Positions 56,865 through 64,000 of a stretch of 64,000 nucleotides of DNA are shown one piece after another; position 1 is the stretch's first letter; each line of letters begins with the position of its first letter. The notes under the pieces are model-generated. The model saw only the letters and a list, made by a program, of their open reading frames with translations. It was not told the DNA's origin and made no database searches. Position numbers and translations under genes: made by a program. Origin of the DNA: a virus; IMG/VR virus record IMGVR_UViG_3300000234_000002, positions 1-64,000 of that record, one strand, 5' to 3'.

Positions 56865-57820
56865 GTTTTATTCCTGCTCTCAAAAGCTTTGAGGCTAAAC
56901 CAATCAAGAGTTTGTCTCATACCCTCTTCGTATGAAACTTGAGGGGACCATCCAATAAGTTCATTTATGAGACTAACATTTGGACACCTTTGTTTAGGGT
57001 CGTCTTGAAGTGGTTTCAGATTCAGTATCTTGCTCTTGTTACCATAAAATTCATTTATATATTTGGCTATATCTAAAACAGTTCTTTCATCGGGATTTCC
57101 GATGTTTACTGCTTCTACAGGCTTTACCTTATCAGAGTTCATCAAACCATGAAGAGCCCTAACAGTATCTGATACATAACAAACACTTCTTGTCTGAAGT
57201 CCGTCACCATAAACAGTCATATCGTTACCATGAATAGCCTGCATGGTGAAATTTGGTATCATTCTACCATCTTCCATGTCCATCTTCGGTCCATAAGTAT
57301 TGAACAGACGAGCTATTCTTATGTCTGTTTTGTGAATATCATGATAACACCAAGCTAAAGATTCAGCAGCTCTTTTACCCTCGTCATAACAACTTCTAGG
57401 ACCTAGAGTATTGACTCTACCGTGATATGATTCTTTTTGAGGATGGACTTCAGGGTCACCATAAACTTCAGAAGTTGAAGTAATTAAAACTCTCGACCCA
57501 TTTATCGAAGCATAGTCAAAAACATTCTGAGATCCAATAAAAGCAGTTTCCATAGTATAAATCGGGTCTTTTTGATAATGAACAGGACTCGCAGGACAAG
57601 CGAGATGGTATATTTGATCAAATTTAACAGAAAGATTTAGTTCTCCTGAAAATCTAATATCTCGATTAAAAAACCGGATGTCGCGAATAACATCATCAAG
57701 ATTCTTTATGGAAGAACAGTATGAGTTATCAATTACATAAACAGTATCTCCATTCTCTACAAGGTGCTTAACTAAATGAGACCCAACAAAACCAGAACCG
57801 CCTGTTACCAGTATTTTCAT
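56861..57820 (-). CDS. UDP-glucuronate decarboxylase (UDP-xylose synthase-type extended SDR)
   Basis: TGGSGFVGSH, IYHLACPASPVHYQ, STSEVYGDP..HPQ, RSCYDEGKR, RLFNTYGP, GDGLQTRS. Confidence 0.9.
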   Translation of the reverse strand: MKILVTGGSGFVGSHLVKHLVENGDTVYVIDNSYCSSIKNLDDVIRDIRFFNRDIRFSGELNLSVKFDQIYHLACPASPVHYQKDPIYTMETAFIGSQNVFDYASINGSRVLITSTSEVYGDPEVHPQKESYHGRVNTLGPRSCYDEGKRAAESLAWCYHDIHKTDIRIARLFNTYGPKMDMEDGRMIPNFTMQAIHGNDMTVYGDGLQTRSVCYVSDTVRALHGLMNSDKVKPVEAVNIGNPDERTVLDIAKYINEFYGNKSKILNLKPLQDDPKQRCPNVSLINELIGWSPQVSYEEGMRQTLDWFSLKAFESRNKT

Positions 57821-57824
57821 GTTC

Positions 57825-60296
57825 TTATCTCTTCAGTATGGCTTTGTAAGGATGAATTACGATTGTAGACATTTCATCGACCAAAGAATTCAGCTCTTTA
57901 TCCCAAGAAATCGCCACATCGTTCCAACTAAAGTTGGACCTAGCATGATTAATGAGATTCATTCTCTTATCATCAGAAATTGGATTTCTGAGATTTTCTA
58001 TTATTGCTTTCTTATACTTCTCATTATATTCGTGAGAATTCCAGTCGCCGTGTATCATAGTACCACGATTACCGACCGTTTCATTAAGAGCAGCCACAGG
58101 AGAAGTTATTATTTGTAGACCAGCAGCCTGGGCTTCCATCGCCGATATACAACTGGTTTCTGAGAACCAAGTCCCATAAAGCCAATGGGATGCGGACATG
58201 AAATGGGAGGCTAATATTTCTTGTGAAACTCTGCCATGATAGAAAACATTTTTAGTGTTGTTAAGAAGATTCTTTAAGTGGCCTATATAAGAAATTTGAC
58301 TTTGATCGTTAACGAGCTTCGCGCTCATTTCCCAATTTTCAAAACCGTAGAAAACGTGAAGCTCAGCATCAGGAACTTCGTCTACGACGTTACCCCAAAC
58401 ATTGAGCAAAGACAAAAGACCTCTGTCTGGGCTTGAACTATAGATAGCTTTATTTTTGTTTTTCTTGATTTCAGAAAACTCTTTATCATTAAAACGATCG
58501 AAGTTTATCCCGTTTTTTGTTACGTGAACTTTATCCTCATGGAGATATTTATAATTCTCCAAGAAGAAACCCTTGTGCCAGTTAGATAGGGTCAAGAACC
58601 TATCAATTTTCAGGGACCTTGCATAGTTCAGTTCATCCCCACAATGAATGTCATGAACCCAGCAAAGGTTAACTTTAGACTTCAGTCCAAGATGCTCATC
58701 AAAAATGTGAGGGCGACGAGAAGAAATCATAATATCACACTCAACGTTTGCAAAATTTGAATAATCAGTGTATTGGACACCATCGAAAGTGCCCTCTAAT
58801 CCATAACAGTCGCCATAAACTCTAACACTATGGCCCATGCTTACGAGCCTAGTTGACATCTCTATTAAAGCAATTTCGCTTCCACCGTTACCCTTTTCTT
58901 TAACAGTTTCAGGATTCCACTTTTCATAACTATGACCAACAAAGAAAACTATATCTCTTTTTCTGTCGGTCTTGTAAGTGAAATCGTTGAGTGGAACAAG
59001 TTTTTCCACATCAACATTTTTTACGACTGGAGTAACAACACTAATATCATTACTTTCTTTTTCGATAATAGAAAGTATTCTGTTGAAATCCGATTTTGTT
59101 AAATGACCAACTTCAACAAGTTTGTTTAATGGATCGTTAAGCTTGATTTTGCTTAAATGAGTTGTATATATTTTCCGATTCAAAATTAGAGATTGATCAT
59201 CAGGAACGGTAGAAATAGCTCTATTGACACTTTCTAAAGCTTCCTCAACTTTCCCTAACTTATTTAGTGCAAAGTTATAATATTTTTGTATATCATATTC
59301 TCTATCAAGAGGATTAACAAATAAAATAGTTTTTGTTGGCGGTAAATCCAAACCCTTTTTGATAAATCTTACACACTTCGTCCAAAGTTCATTTTGAATT
59401 CTTAGATCAGATTGACTTTGGGCTTTAAAATAAAAACACTTTCCTATTGCAAAAAGTGGCTCACCCCAGTCATCTTTAGTGGAATGAGCCAAAAGAGCCC
59501 ATTTCAAAGAAGAATCGGTATCGCCCTTAGAAAGATAATGACGAGCAAGCTCCATGCACGAGAGACATTTCTCATCATCCCATCCAGAAAGAGCTACGTA
59601 TTTTTCATGAAATTTAATGGAGTTATCAATATCATTGATATTCCCGTATTCGAGACCTAGATAATAAAGCTGCCGAACGTCAGAATCACCAACTTTATCA
59701 TAATTCGATTTCAGAATCCTGAGATTCCTGTTTTTTTCTACAGGTTTTAGATTCAAATCACGCTTATGAACAATAACACACTCTTTGGATTCATGAAGAT
59801 GATCTAAAGGTTTTATTGGAACCAAAACTTCATGAACAGCGCCTTGCCATTCAAAATGAGAAGCCGGACTAACTAATCTTTCTCTGTAATGATAACAAGT
59901 CACATTCCCGTTATGGTCGTGTGAGTACTCATATGGGAACATTATCATGCAATTTTTATTATATTTAATATTCGTTACTAAATCATAAAGTTTCTCAGCC
60001 CCATAAACCTCATCATCACCATCTATCCACATAACCCAAGGTTGTGTGGCTAAGCTAAAACTTCTCTGTCTAGCGTTAGAAAAAGACTGAATTTTACCAT
60101 CAGAGTCGTTACAATCCAGATAAGTTTCAAACTTATCAGCATACTTTGAAACTATTTCTAAAGTTCTGTCTACAGAACCAGTATCAACAACGCATATTTC
60201 AGCAACATGTGGTCTGATAGATCTTAAACAATCTTCTATTTGAGCTTCTTCATTTTTTACTATAAGACAGACCGATATAGGGGCAACTTTATTCAT
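57825..60296 (-). CDS. GT2-TPR-GT4 fusion glycosyltransferase
   Basis: ISVCLIVKNEE, VDTGSVDRT, WIDGDD, GAVHE; TPR helices; GGSE, SSPDRGL, ETSCISAMEAQAAG; start revised to ATG 60296. Confidence 0.9.
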   Translation of the reverse strand: MNKVAPISVCLIVKNEEAQIEDCLRSIRPHVAEICVVDTGSVDRTLEIVSKYADKFETYLDCNDSDGKIQSFSNARQRSFSLATQPWVMWIDGDDEVYGAEKLYDLVTNIKYNKNCMIMFPYEYSHDHNGNVTCYHYRERLVSPASHFEWQGAVHEVLVPIKPLDHLHESKECVIVHKRDLNLKPVEKNRNLRILKSNYDKVGDSDVRQLYYLGLEYGNINDIDNSIKFHEKYVALSGWDDEKCLSCMELARHYLSKGDTDSSLKWALLAHSTKDDWGEPLFAIGKCFYFKAQSQSDLRIQNELWTKCVRFIKKGLDLPPTKTILFVNPLDREYDIQKYYNFALNKLGKVEEALESVNRAISTVPDDQSLILNRKIYTTHLSKIKLNDPLNKLVEVGHLTKSDFNRILSIIEKESNDISVVTPVVKNVDVEKLVPLNDFTYKTDRKRDIVFFVGHSYEKWNPETVKEKGNGGSEIALIEMSTRLVSMGHSVRVYGDCYGLEGTFDGVQYTDYSNFANVECDIMISSRRPHIFDEHLGLKSKVNLCWVHDIHCGDELNYARSLKIDRFLTLSNWHKGFFLENYKYLHEDKVHVTKNGINFDRFNDKEFSEIKKNKNKAIYSSSPDRGLLSLLNVWGNVVDEVPDAELHVFYGFENWEMSAKLVNDQSQISYIGHLKNLLNNTKNVFYHGRVSQEILASHFMSASHWLYGTWFSETSCISAMEAQAAGLQIITSPVAALNETVGNRGTMIHGDWNSHEYNEKYKKAIIENLRNPISDDKRMNLINHARSNFSWNDVAISWDKELNSLVDEMSTIVIHPYKAILKR

Positions 60297-60321
60297 GCAT
60301 AACACTACCAGAAACGATAAA

Positions 60322-61296
60322 TCAAGTTAAATACTGTCTGAAGCACATAAACCAACCAGAAAAAGTCCCAGCTCCCGTGGAAACCTTTTCAACAGAAACT
60401 CTTATCTTCCATCTATTATGGAAGTAATCAGCTTTATAAGTTTCTATGTCAAGCATTCCTATTTGGCTTCCGAGAGGAATATTTTTAATATAAGAAACAC
60501 TTAGAGGGATGTTCAGTAAATGCCAGTCAGTCCCCCGAACAGAATTAGGAGTAACAGCGCCAGTTGCGAAGTCAACATTCCAAAAACCATCACCATTTGT
60601 AGGAGCTGGGACAGCTGTAGATAAATTCAGATCATGAGTTCCATTATTGTTAGTAGCTGGCATAATGACGCTATATCCATAACCAGTATCCAAAAGATTT
60701 ACATTTCCCGTGTTAGAACCATTTAAAACAGGAGAGTTTGCAGGTATAATGGAAGAAAGAGTGAATTTATCTCTTGAATCCCAATTTTCAACTGGATACC
60801 ATTGAGCTTGACAATCGTGAATCAATATTGGCTCAATAAATTCCATTTCCATATATTTGACTTCAGGAACAGTAAATTCTAAATAAACAGGAGTTCCTTC
60901 ACCTCTCCCAGAAGCAGGAGGTGTTGGGTTCTTATTATCACCAGCCCCGGTGAAATAAGTTCTCCAATAAAAAGGAGCCGGATTTATTACGATGTTTGGT
61001 CGATTATCAAATTCAGAAGGAGCATCAAGTTTGAAGTTGAAAGTTGGCCTTAGGGCGTTGCCTCTGTGAGCAGCCACTATATTATTTAAATTAGTTACTT
61101 CATCATTAGGTAAAGCGTTTTTAAACCAAACTGTAAAAGTTTGAAGAGTGTTATTGACATCGATTCTGTCCATTACGATAGTGAAATCAGAAAAACCATA
61201 ATTTCGAGAATACATTATTTGATTTTCAAATCTGTCAAAGTCAAACTTTCCAGTTTGGGTTTGAGAAAAATTGAATAAGTAAGAGGTTAGCGCCAT
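60322..61296 (-). CDS. hypothetical, probably virion protein
   Basis: 324 aa, beta-rich, abuts the fibre genes. Confidence 0.55.
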   Translation of the reverse strand: MALTSYLFNFSQTQTGKFDFDRFENQIMYSRNYGFSDFTIVMDRIDVNNTLQTFTVWFKNALPNDEVTNLNNIVAAHRGNALRPTFNFKLDAPSEFDNRPNIVINPAPFYWRTYFTGAGDNKNPTPPASGRGEGTPVYLEFTVPEVKYMEMEFIEPILIHDCQAQWYPVENWDSRDKFTLSSIIPANSPVLNGSNTGNVNLLDTGYGYSVIMPATNNNGTHDLNLSTAVPAPTNGDGFWNVDFATGAVTPNSVRGTDWHLLNIPLSVSYIKNIPLGSQIGMLDIETYKADYFHNRWKIRVSVEKVSTGAGTFSGWFMCFRQYLT

Positions 61297-62001
61297 TTAA
61301 AATGAAAATCCAAAAAAAATTGAATTGAAATTGTTACCGGATGGAGAGTAGTTTTCGTCAAGGATTTCAGTTATAGAATGAGCCTGAGCGGTTGAAGAAC
61401 CGAAAGTCCAACTCATACTAGTAGTTTGAGGTGTTGAAATATTTTTTGAACTGACCATAAATCTTGTGCCGCTACTAAAAGAGTCATTAATTTCAGTTTG
61501 ACCTCCACCAGGGGTTGCAGCGGAAGCTGAGTCATTTGCACAAAGACAATCAACTAAAACAGAATTTGAACCTATTGTTGTTATATCAGTTGAATAAGAA
61601 GAAACAGTGTTGTTATCTGAAAAATTAGTTCCTACTGAACCGAGTGAAATTTGATAAACACCACTATACACTAAAACTAAAGCTTCCCATGAGTAAAGGG
61701 ATCCACCACCCGTAAAAGTCCATGAAAGATTATAACTTCCAGTAGATGAAGGTAAACTAGCATCTGGTAACCAGAAAACAGCAGATCTAGTTCTATTACT
61801 AAAAGAAACAGCGGTAGCGCTAGGACCAATATTCATAGACACACCATTATACGATGTGGAACCAAATACTAAAGTCCCAGAACCAATACTCTTAAGTATA
61901 GCTACTAAAAATCTATTAGAACCTGAAGCAACAGATAAATTATGAGAAAAACCAGCAGAAAATCCCGTAAAATAATCACTGTCAAGTTGAGTTATTGTCA
62001 T
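61297..62001 (-). CDS. fibre-associated beta-rich protein, possible receptor-binding tip
   Basis: Ser/Thr/Gly-rich; 1 bp downstream of the fibre gene. Confidence 0.5.
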   Translation of the reverse strand: MTITQLDSDYFTGFSAGFSHNLSVASGSNRFLVAILKSIGSGTLVFGSTSYNGVSMNIGPSATAVSFSNRTRSAVFWLPDASLPSSTGSYNLSWTFTGGGSLYSWEALVLVYSGVYQISLGSVGTNFSDNNTVSSYSTDITTIGSNSVLVDCLCANDSASAATPGGGQTEINDSFSSGTRFMVSSKNISTPQTTSMSWTFGSSTAQAHSITEILDENYSPSGNNFNSIFFGFSF

Positions 62002-62002
62002 T

Positions 62003-64000
62003 TTATGAAAAATTCAAAGTACCAACACCATAATAAAGTGAACCGTTATAATAAAAAGTAACTATATGGACAGTATTAGCGGCAGTGTTTACAGCAGGAG
62101 AAGAACCTCCAGGCCATCGAACAGTAGAAGGCCAGTTTACAGTCCTTCCGCCAGTAGCATCTTGAACTAAACGAAGCAAAAGGTTTGAAACTCCGGTTGT
62201 TGGAGCGGTAAATATTAAAGTAGAAGCAGTTCCCGTTAAAGTAACAGCTTGCCTCAAGCCGTTATTCCAGTTAATGGTAGCAGTAGCACCACTGTTACCA
62301 TTAATGAATTCTTGATCAAAACCTATTGTTTTGACGTTGGATATTTGACCTTGGTCGTTTACAGTTACAGTAGAGCTGGTTATATTTCTACCATTTGTTC
62401 CAGAAAAACGAGCTATAGAATTGTTAATAGCAGTACCGGGACCTATAACAGCAGTAGGACTTACGGGACCGGTGGGTCCCTGAGGACCAGTAGCACCAGC
62501 TGGACCGGTTGGTCCAGCAGGACCGCCAGAAGGTCCTGTGGCTCCAGTAGCGCCATCAGCTCCTCTAGGAGAAAAAGCAACAAATTTCTGGTTTAGAATT
62601 TCAGGGAATCTACCAGAGTTATAAGGTCTTCTCCATTCAACATATAAAGTATGGACTCCAGCAGAAAGTCTTCTACTTTCAAAATTATTTACAATTTCTG
62701 GTTGACCAGAAATAACATTAACGAAGCCTTGAACAGGACTTCCACGATCGTTATCAAAAACTATCCTGAATTCCGCTACGGCACCAGTATTTCCAGTGCC
62801 AACTCTTGATGAAGCAAAAACAGAAGCATTGTATATAGCGAGTAAATCTGTTGATTGAGTTAAATTGAAATTCAAATAAGAACTTGGAACAGGGATAAAT
62901 GTTGCCGATGTTGCTATCGGACCAGAGTTGGTCGCAAAAGAAGCAACACTCGTCGAGACCAAAGTAAAAATAAGAGGACCAGGAACAACACCAGCTAAGC
63001 CTTGAGGACCAGTTACCCCTTGAGCGCCAGTGGGTCCAACGGGACCAGTGTCACCACGAGGGCCAGTTGGGCCTTGAGCACCGGTAGTTCCTGGGCCAGT
63101 TACACCTTGCGAACCAGTTGGACCAATAAGACCTGGAGAACCTTGGATACCTTGCGGGCCAATAATTCCTGTATCCCCACGGGGACCAGTGGCACCTTGG
63201 GGACCAGTTACACCCTGTATTCCTTGAACACCGGTAGCGCCCTGTGGTCCAGTGGATCCTATAGGACCCGTGTCACCACGAGGACCCGTTAAACCAGGGG
63301 AGCCTTGGGGTCCTGTGTTTCCTATAGGACCAATAGGACCAGTTATACCCTGCGGTCCAGTTTGTCCTTGTAATCCAGTAGCACCCTGGAGACCTATTTG
63401 TCCAGTTGGTCCCTGAATACCTTGGGGTCCAATTTGACCTGTGGGTCCGACAGCTCCGGTAGTGCCTTGGAGGCCAGTCGAACCTTGTATACCTGTAGCA
63501 CCTTGAGGTCCTGTGACACCTTGTATACCTGTGACACCCTGTATACCAGTGGCACCTTGTGGCCCGATTGGACCTGTAGCTCCAGTATTGCCACGGGGAC
63601 CTGTATCACCTCTTGGGCCAGTATCTCCTTGAATTCCTGTGTTACCACGAGGTCCGGTGATGCCTTGTATACCAGTTGGGCCCTGTGGTCCCGTATCACC
63701 TCTAGGGCCAGTTTGGCCCTGTGGTCCCGTAGAACCCTGAGGTCCAATTTGTCCGGTTTGACCTTGAGGACCAGTGACACCAGGAGATCCTGTCTGTCCC
63801 TGCGGGCCAATCTGTCCTGTCGACCCTTGGATACCGGTGGCGCCTTGGGGGCCTTGGGGGCCTGTAGGACCTTGGGGGCCGGTTGGTCCCACAATGCCTT
63901 GTGAACCTGTATCACCACGAGGACCAGTTTGTCCTTGAATACCAGTAGGACCTTGAATACCCTGAGGACCGGTATCACCTCTTGGTCCTGTTGGACCCTG
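62003..64000 (-). CDS. collagen-like tail/head fibre protein, partial: start lies beyond the right edge
   Basis: More than 100 Gly-X-Y triplets continuing upstream of the called start (63892); globular domain, short second collagen run, C-terminal beta-sandwich ([18 protein letters not shown]). Confidence 0.9.
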   Translation of the reverse strand, partial: QGPTGPRGDTGPQGIQGPTGIQGQTGPRGDTGSQGIVGPTGPQGPTGPQGPQGATGIQGSTGQIGPQGQTGSPGVTGPQGQTGQIGPQGSTGPQGQTGPRGDTGPQGPTGIQGITGPRGNTGIQGDTGPRGDTGPRGNTGATGPIGPQGATGIQGVTGIQGVTGPQGATGIQGSTGLQGTTGAVGPTGQIGPQGIQGPTGQIGLQGATGLQGQTGPQGITGPIGPIGNTGPQGSPGLTGPRGDTGPIGSTGPQGATGVQGIQGVTGPQGATGPRGDTGIIGPQGIQGSPGLIGPTGSQGVTGPGTTGAQGPTGPRGDTGPVGPTGAQGVTGPQGLAGVVPGPLIFTLVSTSVASFATNSGPIATSATFIPVPSSYLNFNLTQSTDLLAIYNASVFASSRVGTGNTGAVAEFRIVFDNDRGSPVQGFVNVISGQPEIVNNFESRRLSAGVHTLYVEWRRPYNSGRFPEILNQKFVAFSPRGADGATGATGPSGGPAGPTGPAGATGPQGPTGPVSPTAVIGPGTAINNSIARFSGTNGRNITSSTVTVNDQGQISNVKTIGFDQEFINGNSGATATINWNNGLRQAVTLTGTASTLIFTAPTTGVSNLLLRLVQDATGGRTVNWPSTVRWPGGSSPAVNTAANTVHIVTFYYNGSLYYGVGTLNFS

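Noticed and set aside
1-64000. Stop-codon reassignment, as in some jumbo phages
   Set aside because: Long genes are intact in the standard code, and TAA, TAG and TGA all end well-supported genes.

Overview
A 64-kb segment of a large (jumbo-type) myovirus-like phage genome. It is AT-rich, densely coding and mostly on the minus strand. Reading from the right end, it holds: a collagen-like fibre gene (truncated at the edge); a glycosylation cluster (GT2-TPR-GT4, UDP-glucuronate decarboxylase, two GT4s, B12-radical SAM); neck/head-completion genes; an actin-like ATPase; a very large 1683-aa tail sheath; tube; two chaperone-like genes; tape measure; baseplate hub; spike; and a truncated large structural gene. 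Interspersed accessory genes include NADAR, an RlaP-like nucleotidyltransferase, AAA+ ATPase, HslV-like Ntn hydrolase, metallophosphoesterase, a minimal ligase domain, two paralogous alpha-solenoid proteins and three nuclease/Mom-like fusions. The most striking feature is a 120-bp coding repeat for a basic 40-aa N-terminal leader (M[KR]PSQVATELRKIAAAIEASKTPDK..VASAIKGLVKKIA). It occurs in six near-identical copies plus one diverged copy, each fused in frame to an unrelated, mostly acidic cargo domain. The copies are recombinant mosaics around an invariant hairpin-forming core, which suggests a modular 'address-tag plus cargo' system for virion-packaged proteins. Many genes also carry a gTANNNT box 4-6 nt before the start codon, a leaderless-mRNA signature. 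All functional calls come from motif recognition by eye; no database searches were run.
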